A program made the translations under genes and the position numbers. The notes beneath the pieces were generated by a model, which was not told the DNA's origin, did no database searches, and saw nothing but the letters and a program-made list of their open reading frames with translations. A DNA stretch of 63,963 bases, counting the filler, from an uncultured Methanosarcinales archaeon (GTDB lineage: Archaea; Nanobdellota; Nanobdellia; Woesearchaeales; CAYZNE01): assembly GCA_964405295.1 (NCBI GenBank). It is 10 parts of 10 records of this genome, joined end to end, with 100 filler letters (N's around TTAATTAATTAA, not from the genome) between each part and the next. Parts side by side here need not be neighbours in the genome. Positions count along the whole stretch, not along the records: positions 29,211 to 35,969 come from CAYONI010000026.1; positions 36,070 to 42,361 come from CAYONI010000027.1; 8 more parts are not named here. One strand, given 5' to 3'. Positions 29,854-38,018 of the stretch are shown here, piece after piece. The first letter of the stretch is position 1. The number at the start of each line of letters is the position of its first letter.

Positions 29854-30222
29854 TTACTTGGGGGTCGGTTCCGGTCTACTGGAAATATCCCGGTTGACAA
29901 TCCGGTCGTCTAAATCCGGCCTGACATCCAATGTGTTGAGAGCTGACAACATGCAAAACATGGCAGCTGCAAGGTGGTGTTTTTCTACCCCGTGCTTCGA
30001 TGCTGCCGGGTCCATATTTTCACCCTTCCAGTAAAATTCCTCGATGTGCCGAAGGGCTGCATCCATCAAAACACTTATTTTGAAGCCCAGTCTCCAACTC
30101 TCCTCCCAATATTTCTTGTTTCCTTCTTCGTATGCTGGTATAAGATATTTTCGCAGCAGGTCCATTGGGAGAAGTGTCATTCGGTCTTTCTTGTCTATCT
30201 CGTTGTTCTTTGGTGCTTCCAT
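29854..30222 (-). CDS. DUF5664 / dATP-dGTP diphosphohydrolase N-terminal-domain-like protein
   Basis: K.RM.LLP...G..KY...SW..G......DAALRH....W.GE..D......HHLAAA pattern. Confidence 0.75.
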   Translation of the reverse strand: MEAPKNNEIDKKDRMTLLPMDLLRKYLIPAYEEGNKKYWEESWRLGFKISVLMDAALRHIEEFYWKGENMDPAASKHGVEKHHLAAAMFCMLSALNTLDVRPDLDDRIVNRDISSRPEPTPK

Positions 30223-30662
30223 TCTTTGTTTGTCTCCTCTTGAATCTTTTCAATCCAGTATGCTTTGTTGTTTGCCTTCTCGCTTCCTATCACGAGACGA
30301 TATTTGGCAAAGTATCTCACTTTATCATCTTTCTCTTCTTCCCATAGAGCAGTATGGTCGAAGAAATACATCCAGTCGAACTCTTTATCCCATACGAGCA
30401 CCCACACTCGGCCAGCCTTTTTCCCCCTGTTGTGTATCCAGTTATATTGTTGTGGTGTCATACTTGGAAGCATTATAGTTTGAAGCTTCATTGGCCCAGT
30501 GACCTTCAGCTCAATCCAACCATGGCCAGCTGGTGTGGTGATGGTGATGTCTGGTATTCCGAGAGCAAGACCCCGTGGTTCTACTCTATCATAAGAGAGA
30601 GTTTGGATCGCCTTTAAAACAGTTTTTACCCGGTTTTTCCACATCCATGCCTCGGGTTTCAT
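30195..30662 (-). CDS. VRR-NUC-like PD-(D/E)xK nuclease / junction resolvase
   Basis: RVE...GIPD...WIELKV...PQQYNW...G.VWVLV. Confidence 0.82.
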   Translation of the reverse strand: MKPEAWMWKNRVKTVLKAIQTLSYDRVEPRGLALGIPDITITTPAGHGWIELKVTGPMKLQTIMLPSMTPQQYNWIHNRGKKAGRVWVLVWDKEFDWMYFFDHTALWEEEKDDKVRYFAKYRLVIGSEKANNKAYWIEKIQEETNKEWKHQRTTR

Positions 30663-31228
30663 ATGATGTCGTCTATATAGGTTTCAGGATCTTCTATCAG
30701 TCGGACCAGTACACCATACACAGCGTCCCAGGCACAACCTGACCAAATCCCCTTTACGGTTTCGATATATTGCTTCATATCTTTATATAGCCTATTATAG
30801 ATCGATACAGCTTGACCGTTCAGCCCTTCCTTTTTCAGATACTTCAAGGCGTCGATATAATCGGCTATTTTTACTACAGCTTTTATGTCACCAGAGATAC
30901 TAATTTCATACTTTTTCAACTTTGGGTCAACCTGTTTTTCGAGTTCATCGAACTTTTCTTTTGCCATCCGTTTTACGGGTGATACGGCGTCACCGATGAT
31001 GACCTCGGGCAGGTCGTGGATCAGAGACCACTGCAGGATATCCAGCTTGTCTTTATCGTCAAAATGTTCTTCACCAATGGCCGCTACGATGTGCAAAGAA
31101 ATCATCGCCACCATGTGGCTGTGCTCGGCCACGGTCTGTTGCCTTGAGGTATGGATGATATGCCACCGCTTCACATGTTGTGCCCGGTAAATGTCGGGCA
31201 AAGAAAGGCTTGTAATGTTAGTCAACAT
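30659..31228 (-). CDS. datZ: HD-domain dATP triphosphohydrolase
   Basis: RAQHVKRWHII, QTVAEHS, HDLPE...GDAVSP, KIAD; AAGGAG RBS before ATG 31228; next to mazZ/purZ. Confidence 0.85.
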   Translation of the reverse strand: MLTNITSLSLPDIYRAQHVKRWHIIHTSRQQTVAEHSHMVAMISLHIVAAIGEEHFDDKDKLDILQWSLIHDLPEVIIGDAVSPVKRMAKEKFDELEKQVDPKLKKYEISISGDIKAVVKIADYIDALKYLKKEGLNGQAVSIYNRLYKDMKQYIETVKGIWSGCAWDAVYGVLVRLIEDPETYIDDII

Positions 31229-31253
31229 ATATTGTTTGCTCCTTATACATATG

Positions 31254-31607
31254 TTAGTCGGCATATCCGTCGTCCTCCTGATCTTCTGGCTTGTAACCAG
31301 ATTCTACGTGGCTCATGATGCCGGTTTTAGAGTTCATGACCCACTTTCGGGCTCTGTTGATCTTCATCTTCTCACGAACAGCAGAAGCAGCGTCGATTCC
31401 CTTCAAATAAGCCAGATCCAGCACCAGAATCAAAATGTCCGCATATTCCATCGGGTCGTTTAGTTCGCTCTTTACGAGCTCCGGAATCTCTTCAAACACC
31501 AGCTTGTTGAATGTGTGTTGTGGTTCCCTGTCGGGCATCACTTTATTGGCCCAGGTAGCAATTTCTTCTTGAAGCTTTTTGATACTCGACAATTTATGTT
31601 TCTGCAT
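31254..31607 (-). CDS. mazZ: MazG-like (d)GTP diphosphohydrolase
   Basis: LQEEIATW..PDR..KL.EEI.EL...DPMEYADILIL.LDLA...KM.INRARKW, closely resembling my recollection of cyanophage S-2L MazZ. Confidence 0.87.
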   Translation of the reverse strand: MQKHKLSSIKKLQEEIATWANKVMPDREPQHTFNKLVFEEIPELVKSELNDPMEYADILILVLDLAYLKGIDAASAVREKMKINRARKWVMNSKTGIMSHVESGYKPEDQEDDGYAD

Positions 31608-31779
31608 CGGTATCCTCCTTTTGTCTCTTTTTCGCTTTATTTCTGTAATACTCCCGATTAGTACTCTTGCTGCACGATTTGCAGATCCAGTCGTACTTCT
31701 TCACTCTGCTTGGGAATATGTTGTCTTCGTCCTTTAACTTCTTTTTGCACAATCTGCAGATCTTCTCTTTGATATCCAT
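31594..31779 (-). CDS. Small basic zinc-finger protein
   Basis: CRLC...CKSC with a basic tail; G-rich RBS. Confidence 0.65.
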   Translation of the reverse strand: MDIKEKICRLCKKKLKDEDNIFPSRVKKYDWICKSCSKSTNREYYRNKAKKRQKEDTDAET

Positions 31780-31788
31780 TTTCCCCCC

Positions 31789-32859
31789 CTACGATTGTTT
31801 TACGACATCCGCACAACTCGGACCGAAGCTCATATATTTGACCGGGTTGATCTTGTCACCGTGAACTGTTCTATACATGTGGTTTATTTTCTCTTTTAGC
31901 TTTTGGGCTTCGTCGTCGTCCAGATAATCACAAAAAGAGAGCCAGATCTCGTCTGGGGCGCAAATTTCGAGAGCTTGCAACGTCTGAACATCAGAGAACG
32001 AAAAAATCCTGCGCTCCAGTTTGGTGACGGTCGTCTTCTCCGGTTTGAACCCTAAGTCCCCCCAATTAAGTTCTGTTTGATCCACATAACCCGGTCCACT
32101 GTAACCAATCATATTTCCTTCTTCGTCATATCGGTTTGCTACCCGAATCGGAAAGGTTCGCATTACACCAATAACCCTATCCACTTTTCGTGCGTTTATC
32201 AGAGTGTCAGACATAATTTGTGCGGGGGAACATTCCCGGCTAGTGCAGTACGGATAAAAACCACTATTTATTCCTAAGCTGAACCCCTGCGCCCCTTCCA
32301 CCACAATTTTATCAGAACAGTCTAAATAAGCCAGCCATTTTCGTGTATCCACTACGTCCACTTTCCTGACGTACCCTTTCAAAATTTGTTCGAGAAATTC
32401 CCTAAATTGCCCTGTTGTGATGTCAACATCCACCTGTCGGCTGAGCTTCCCTATGAGAGCAGCACCGGAACCCTTTTTTGTGCTGCCGATGCCGGTCATG
32501 GTCTTTTCTTCAGTCCTGACGTGATCCTCCTTCAAGAGAGCCGCATTCTCGTGGATAACCAGTACAGCATCTTTTACATATTCATGGCACTCCGTCAACT
32601 CTATGATCAGCCGGTCTACGTCAAGGACCGTACCGGGAGCGACCATGATGGTTTTTAGCTTTGGTGACACAATGCCATTAGCCAGAGCCCGATGTACAAA
32701 CTTTCTTCCTTCGTAATCTACAAAGGTATGTCCAGCATTCGGGCTCCATGCCGTAACCACTGTATCGGGCTCTTCCATCAAAGCCGTATACCCTGCTGCA
32801 GCACCTTTGCCAGTTGATCCGAATTGTAAATCGCAAATAATCGTTACGTTCTTTTTCAT
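31789..32859 (-). CDS. purZ: N6-succino-2-amino-2'-deoxyadenylate synthase
   Basis: Short PurA fold with DLQFGSTGKG (Ser instead of the Asp of PurA GDEGKG), PNAGHT, GSTKKG, EGAQG, YPYCTSR, RTFPIRV, TTVTKLERR; Z-pathway neighbours. Confidence 0.93.
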   Translation of the reverse strand: MKKNVTIICDLQFGSTGKGAAAGYTALMEEPDTVVTAWSPNAGHTFVDYEGRKFVHRALANGIVSPKLKTIMVAPGTVLDVDRLIIELTECHEYVKDAVLVIHENAALLKEDHVRTEEKTMTGIGSTKKGSGAALIGKLSRQVDVDITTGQFREFLEQILKGYVRKVDVVDTRKWLAYLDCSDKIVVEGAQGFSLGINSGFYPYCTSRECSPAQIMSDTLINARKVDRVIGVMRTFPIRVANRYDEEGNMIGYSGPGYVDQTELNWGDLGFKPEKTTVTKLERRIFSFSDVQTLQALEICAPDEIWLSFCDYLDDDEAQKLKEKINHMYRTVHGDKINPVKYMSFGPSCADVVKQS

Positions 32860-32860
32860 C

Positions 32861-33004
32861 CTATACCTCTCCTTTTGTGTAAAATTGTTGTGGATATTTG
32901 TTGCCTTTTAAATCGTTTTCTGCTTGTGGTATTATTCTTAGATTTGTTTCAACATTAAGCCCTGAAACTGTGTCATTCTGTAAAAGGTGATAATGGTCTA
33001 ATAA
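32861..33004 (-). pseudogene. HNH endonuclease C-terminal remnant
   Basis: LLDHYHLLQNDTVSGLNVETNLRIIPQAENDLKGNK...stop; in-frame TGA just upstream and no start codon. Confidence 0.72.
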
Positions 33005-33255
33005 GATATATCATCGTCAAATTTATTTGGGGACAGGGCATCCGCAGGACTCTGCGTCCGCTGGCCTTCTTCAATCGGCGTGACCGACAAAGAAAGGTAT
33101 TTCTCCCCGTCACCTCTCTTGTAATTGGTCCATCCGGACAGGTAGTATTCGGTCCCTTCGATGTCGATCTTTCCCATCACAGTCGGACTCTTGTCGGACT
33201 TCTTGTTGTTGTTGATGAAAAGGACTCCCCGGTTTGTGTTGTCATACTGCGGCAT
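32998..33255 (-). CDS. Conserved small phage protein (DUF736-like, possible SSB)
   Basis: YDNTNRGVLF...GKIDIEG.EY.LSGW...YLSLS, acidic tail FDDDISY. Confidence 0.7.
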   Translation of the reverse strand: MPQYDNTNRGVLFINNNKKSDKSPTVMGKIDIEGTEYYLSGWTNYKRGDGEKYLSLSVTPIEEGQRTQSPADALSPNKFDDDISY

Positions 33256-33311
33256 TCTGTTCTCCTTTCTTTTTCAGTTTATGTTTAATCTTTTCTCCAT
33301 CATCCAGAACC

Positions 33312-33340
33312 ATCCTACCACACCAGACAGCTCTTGTCAA
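33312..33340 (-). promoter_or_regulatory. Sigma70-type promoter upstream of the purZ-mazZ-datZ operon
   Basis: TTGACA-AGAGCTGTCTGGTGTGG-TAGGAT (17 nt, extended -10). Confidence 0.75.
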
Positions 33341-33351
33341 TGGGCGTTTGC

Positions 33352-35220
33352 TTAGTCATGAATCTTCTTTGTGTTTGTGGCTTCCCACCAATTTTTCCCA
33401 GGTTTGCAAAAGTCTATCCTGATTGGTATCCGGAGTTTGGGTGCCCCTGGTCTGGTTTGTACCAATTCTTGTATTTTGTTTAAGGGTGTCTTGGCTCCCT
33501 GTTTTAGCATGGATATGTTTAGTTCGTCATGGATCGATAAGAGAACGTGTGCATCAGGGCATTCAGCCTCTAAATATTCGCAGGTGTTGCAGATGTCCAA
33601 CTTTACAAGGTCGGCAGATGTTCCTTGAAAGATCAGACCGGAAGCTTTGTATGTGAACTCTCCACCGGGAAAGCGAAGATGTCTTCCCATCAAGGTCCTG
33701 ACGTAGCCTCTTGTCTTTGCAACTGATGCGGCATTTCGTGCTAACCCCCTCACGCCCGGAACTGCTTCAAAGTATCGGTCTATCACGTCCTGTGCTTCGG
33801 GTCCCGGCTTTTTAAACTCCCGTATGACACCTTTAAATTCTTTCTCTTCGACGGTGAAAGGAAGGTTCATCTTCTCGGCCAGAGCACCACCGCCCATGTT
33901 GAAGACCATGGCCAAGTTGATTTGTTTAGCATTCGCACCACCGGAGACCTTCGGGTTTCTCGGAAGACCAGTGAGAGCCGCTATCTTCCCGTGAATGTCT
34001 AAATCAGGATCTTCCCGGTAAGCTTGGGTAAGGTCGGGAGCGTTCACATAATGAGCGAAGACCCGAAATTCGTGCTGATCCAGATCGCCGTAGAACCATC
34101 TTTGTCCTTCATCAGGGAGAAATATTGGCCGAACGATGGCAGCAATGTCTTTGTCTCTGCTCGGAATTTGTTGTAAAGCTGGTCTTGTGTAGGACAATCT
34201 GCCTGTGCCGGTCCCTTCATCATTCCCACCGTGACTCGACTTTGTCTGGTTGATGGTCGGGTGCACCCGGTCGCCATGTGCATGTCCCAATATGTGGTTG
34301 TGGATAAATGTGTCACGAGTCTTCATGAGTTTCCTGCAGCGAAGAATCATGGCAGCAGCCGGATGCTGCATCTTTCGGAGTTGGTCGGCTCCAATACTCG
34401 CTTTCCCGGCCTCTGTTTCCGGAAGAAGTGTGCCATCTACAGCTTGCCATTTTCCATCCTTTCCCTTCTTCGGTTCAAAAAGTTTATGGATCGACCCTGA
34501 AGGGTTCGGATTGACCGGAAAGCCAGCCATGTCGTTGATTCCCTTTTGTGTGGACTTGATCTCTTTGGTCAGTCGGTCCGTAGTCCGTGCTGCTTCGTCC
34601 AGATCAACACGAATACCATGTCTCTCCATCCTCAGTCGGTGAGGGAAGAGTCGCATTTCGAGATCCAACACCTGTTGAAGGCCCTGTTTTGCGATCTCTT
34701 CTTCCTGCCACAAATAAAGTTCCAAAGCCACTCGGGTATCCTGCTTGGCGTACGGAGCCACCATAGACTCTGGAGCTCGGTGTAGGTTTTTCATTTGTGC
34801 CGCACGGTTCGCCTTGCCACCAAACATATCGGCTAACTTCTGGTAAATGTCCGTTAGTTTACCTTTATTTTTTCCAAGATATTTCTTTGCGAGAGCGTCC
34901 AGATTGTATTGTAACAAATGTTCATTTATTAAAGCAGCTCGGATCATGGTGCACTGCACTCTTGCTGGGTCGATGTTGATGCTTTTGTTCCAGAGCATGT
35001 GGATATCAAAGCCGATATTCTGGTTGACGATAAGAGGACATTTCGGAACTTCTTCTCTTAACCACGAGAGAACTCTATCATCTGTCCTGATATCAAAATA
35101 ATAGTCATCCGTCATTGTTGAAACGGAGATACCAAAGAGATCTTCGGTTAGCCAGTTGATGCCAGTAGTTTCGGTATCCAGAGCTATGAATGGATGTTCG
35201 CTTATTTTTGGGTAGATCAT
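33352..35220 (-). CDS. dpoZ: Family A DNA polymerase, DpoZ type
   Basis: Exo DTETTG/NIGFD/YAKQD; TGRLS; motif A DLDQHEFR, B KQINLAMVF, C IHDE; ASGLIFQGTSAD; upstream of purZ. Confidence 0.88.
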   Translation of the reverse strand: MIYPKISEHPFIALDTETTGINWLTEDLFGISVSTMTDDYYFDIRTDDRVLSWLREEVPKCPLIVNQNIGFDIHMLWNKSINIDPARVQCTMIRAALINEHLLQYNLDALAKKYLGKNKGKLTDIYQKLADMFGGKANRAAQMKNLHRAPESMVAPYAKQDTRVALELYLWQEEEIAKQGLQQVLDLEMRLFPHRLRMERHGIRVDLDEAARTTDRLTKEIKSTQKGINDMAGFPVNPNPSGSIHKLFEPKKGKDGKWQAVDGTLLPETEAGKASIGADQLRKMQHPAAAMILRCRKLMKTRDTFIHNHILGHAHGDRVHPTINQTKSSHGGNDEGTGTGRLSYTRPALQQIPSRDKDIAAIVRPIFLPDEGQRWFYGDLDQHEFRVFAHYVNAPDLTQAYREDPDLDIHGKIAALTGLPRNPKVSGGANAKQINLAMVFNMGGGALAEKMNLPFTVEEKEFKGVIREFKKPGPEAQDVIDRYFEAVPGVRGLARNAASVAKTRGYVRTLMGRHLRFPGGEFTYKASGLIFQGTSADLVKLDICNTCEYLEAECPDAHVLLSIHDELNISMLKQGAKTPLNKIQELVQTRPGAPKLRIPIRIDFCKPGKNWWEATNTKKIHD

Positions 35221-35243
35221 GGTACTCCTTTGTTATTATAATG

Positions 35244-35513
35244 TTAACACCCATCTATTATTGCAAGATTTCTTCTGTAACCACAAGATGAGCAGGTAAA
35301 CATATAGCACCCAGCTCCGTATGCTGACCCCATACTACATTCGCCTTCGTCCTGTACCTGTGTCCGTTCTAGTGAGTTTTTGAATATGATTTTTTCGTCT
35401 GTAATATATTTCTGTCCATCCAGATTATCCCATGCCCCGTTCTCTCTGCAGTCATCACAGCACGGAATAATATCAATTTTGAATAATGGACAATTACATT
35501 TCTTGCATTTCAT
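35244..35513 (-). CDS. Cys-rich small phage protein
   Basis: CKKC, CCDDC, CSSC; AGGAG RBS. Confidence 0.6.
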   Translation of the reverse strand: MKCKKCNCPLFKIDIIPCCDDCRENGAWDNLDGQKYITDEKIIFKNSLERTQVQDEGECSMGSAYGAGCYMFTCSSCGYRRNLAIIDGC

Positions 35514-35877
35514 TCCAGTTCTCCTTTCGCAGTTTCTGAACCATAAACTCTGCCAATTTTTTATCGCTTTTGACTACGAATTTCCCCTCCCAGAAGAAGT
35601 CTCGAATGTATTGTTTATTTCTTAAGTCATATTTTGGATAAAATACCCGTTTAATGTGTGGACCTATTAATTTTTCAGGTGGTTCAATTTCAATGTTATT
35701 CAGGATAAAAAATTCAGGATTTTCTATTACGTTGGAATCGGTAATCATTACTTCAAAGTAACTTGCTCCCCTTTCCATCTTTTCGATAAAGGTAAATTCA
35801 TCTTGGATAATTTTTTCCGCTTGCCTTTTTGTCAGGTGTTTTTTTATTACTACATTCACAATTGGTTTCCAGTTCAT
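35494..35877 (-). CDS. Hypothetical phage protein
   Basis: AAGGAG RBS; co-oriented and overlapping the next gene. Confidence 0.6.
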   Translation of the reverse strand: MNWKPIVNVVIKKHLTKRQAEKIIQDEFTFIEKMERGASYFEVMITDSNVIENPEFFILNNIEIEPPEKLIGPHIKRVFYPKYDLRNKQYIRDFFWEGKFVVKSDKKLAEFMVQKLRKENWNEMQEM

Positions 35878-35969
35878 TTAAGTTCTCCTTTTCTTATTTT
35901 AATAATGATTTCTACTACCAAAGGCGCCATAAACAACAGCCCAACCAGTTTTGAAAAGATGAATAACGA

Positions 35970-36069
35970 NNNNNNNNNNNNNNNNNNNNNNNNNNNNNNN
36001 NNNNNNNNNNNNNTTAATTAATTAANNNNNNNNNNNNNNNNNNNNNNNNNNNNNNNNNNNNNNNNNNNN
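35970..36069. other. Artificial contig spacer
   Basis: Same 100-bp linker. Confidence 0.99.
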
Positions 36070-36127
36070 CTCCACAGCCAAGCAAGAAGATAAGCAGGAA
36101 GAGCGTGGCAGCTGCCAAACATTAGGC
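36070..36127 (+). mobile_element. attC-like site (left end truncated by the contig edge)
   Basis: CTCCAC...GTGG-C-AGCTG-CCAAAC-ATTAGGC; same layout as the site at 42258-42314. Confidence 0.6.
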
Positions 36128-36215
36128 ACTTTCGTAGTGTTTAATGTTAAATAACTATACAAATAAAAGATGAATAAATAGAAAAGATACAAAAATATTT
36201 TTTAGGGAAGTAACT

Positions 36216-38018
36216 ATGAAATTTAAAGAAAAAGCAAATCTAATTTGGAACGTTGCAGATTTACTGCGCGGTGATTATAAACAATCTGATTATGGAAAAG
36301 TGATTTTACCTCTAACTGTTTTAAGAAGACTTGATTGTGTTCTAACACCAACAAAACAAACGGTTTTAGACTATCTGACAAAAATAAAATCTTCAGCAAC
36401 AGACAGCACAATTGATTTAATCCTAAATAACAAAGCAAAACAAAACTTTCATAACCGCAGTAAATATGATTTTGAAAAGCTTAAAGATGACCCAGATAAT
36501 ATTGCTGCAAATCTAAGAAATTATATTGCAGGTTTTTCTAGCAGTGCCAGAGAAATAATTGAATACTTTAATTTTGACGACCAAATTACACGAATGGATA
36601 ATCCACAAGCTGACATTCTTTTTCAAGTTGTAACAAAATTTGCAGAAATTGATCTATCCGATATGCAAAGTATGGAGATGGGTTATGTTTTCGAGGAATT
36701 GATTCGTCGTTTTTCTGAGCAATCTAATGAAACCGCCGGAGAGCATTTTACTCCAAGAGAAGTTATAAAGCTAATGGTTAATCTTCTTTTTATTGCTGAT
36801 AATGAAATACTAACAAAAGAGGGAATTGTAAAAACACTTTATGATCCAGCTTGCGGAACTGGCGGTATGCTTTCTGTTGCCGAAAAGCATCTAAATGAAT
36901 TTAACCACAAAGCAAAACTTGAAGTTTTTGGGCAGGAAATAAATCCTGAATCTTATGCAATTTGTAAATCTGATATGCTGATAAAATCTCAAAATCCATC
37001 TAATATAAAATATGGAAACACATTTACTATTGATGGTCTGGAAGATGAACAATTTGATTATATGCTTTCCAATCCACCCTTTGGTGTAGATTGGAAAAAA
37101 GCTAGAACTATAATTAAAAGTGAACACGATAATCGTGGATTTTCTGGTCGCTTTGGTGCTGGTTTACCAAGAATTAATGATGGTGCGCTACTTTTCTTAC
37201 AACATATGCTTTCTAAAATGAAACCAACTGGAACTAGAATTGGTATTGTGTTTAATGGTTCTCCACTTTTTACAGGTCAAGCTGGAAGCGGTGAAAGTGA
37301 TATTAGAAAATGGGTAATTGAAAATGATTGGCTGGAAGCAATTATTGCTCTTCCTGATCAACTTTTCTATAATACTGGAATTTCCACTTACATCTGGATT
37401 GTGAATAACCACAAAGTTGATGAGCGAAAAGGAAAAATCCAATTAATAAATGCAACAGGCGCAAAAGATGATGAACTGCTTGCAGAAGGTAAAATTGATT
37501 TTAATAGATTCTACGAAAAAATGACTCGAAGCCTTGGTAATAAAAGAAAGAAAATACCAGAAAATGGCACAGATAAAGGCATTGGCTTGATTACTAAGCT
37601 TTACGGTGATTTTGAAGATAATGAATTTGTGAAAATCTTCCCGAATGAATATTTCGGTTACCAAAGAATAACAGTTGAACAACCACAAAAAAATGAGAAC
37701 AGTGAAATTATAACTGATAAAAAAGGAAAAACAAAAGCTGATACCTCATTGCGAGATTACGAAAATATTCCGTTCTTACGAAAGCAGAAAGATGGTAAAT
37801 TAGCAGAACAAACCATTGCAGAATATTTCCAAAGAGAGGTTACACCACATTTGCCTGAAGCCTGGATTGATGAAAGTAAAACCAAAATTGGTTATGAAAT
37901 AAATTTCACCAAATATTTCTATGAATTCAAAATACTTCGCTCTCTTGATGAAATAAAAGCTGATATTTTGTCTCTTGAAAAAGAAACTTCCGAACTTGAA
38001 AAAGGGATTTTGCTGTAA
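36216..38018 (+). CDS. hsdM: Type I R-M methyltransferase subunit
   Basis: GEHFTPREVI, YDPACGTGGM, SNPPFG. Confidence 0.96.
   Translation: MKFKEKANLIWNVADLLRGDYKQSDYGKVILPLTVLRRLDCVLTPTKQTVLDYLTKIKSSATDSTIDLILNNKAKQNFHNRSKYDFEKLKDDPDNIAANLRNYIAGFSSSAREIIEYFNFDDQITRMDNPQADILFQVVTKFAEIDLSDMQSMEMGYVFEELIRRFSEQSNETAGEHFTPREVIKLMVNLLFIADNEILTKEGIVKTLYDPACGTGGMLSVAEKHLNEFNHKAKLEVFGQEINPESYAICKSDMLIKSQNPSNIKYGNTFTIDGLEDEQFDYMLSNPPFGVDWKKARTIIKSEHDNRGFSGRFGAGLPRINDGALLFLQHMLSKMKPTGTRIGIVFNGSPLFTGQAGSGESDIRKWVIENDWLEAIIALPDQLFYNTGISTYIWIVNNHKVDERKGKIQLINATGAKDDELLAEGKIDFNRFYEKMTRSLGNKRKKIPENGTDKGIGLITKLYGDFEDNEFVKIFPNEYFGYQRITVEQPQKNENSEIITDKKGKTKADTSLRDYENIPFLRKQKDGKLAEQTIAEYFQREVTPHLPEAWIDESKTKIGYEINFTKYFYEFKILRSLDEIKADILSLEKETSELEKGILL

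Noticed and set aside
31789..32859. Annotation as ordinary purA
   Set aside because: GSTGKG instead of GDEGKG, TKL instead of TGR, and the mazZ/datZ/dpoZ context.
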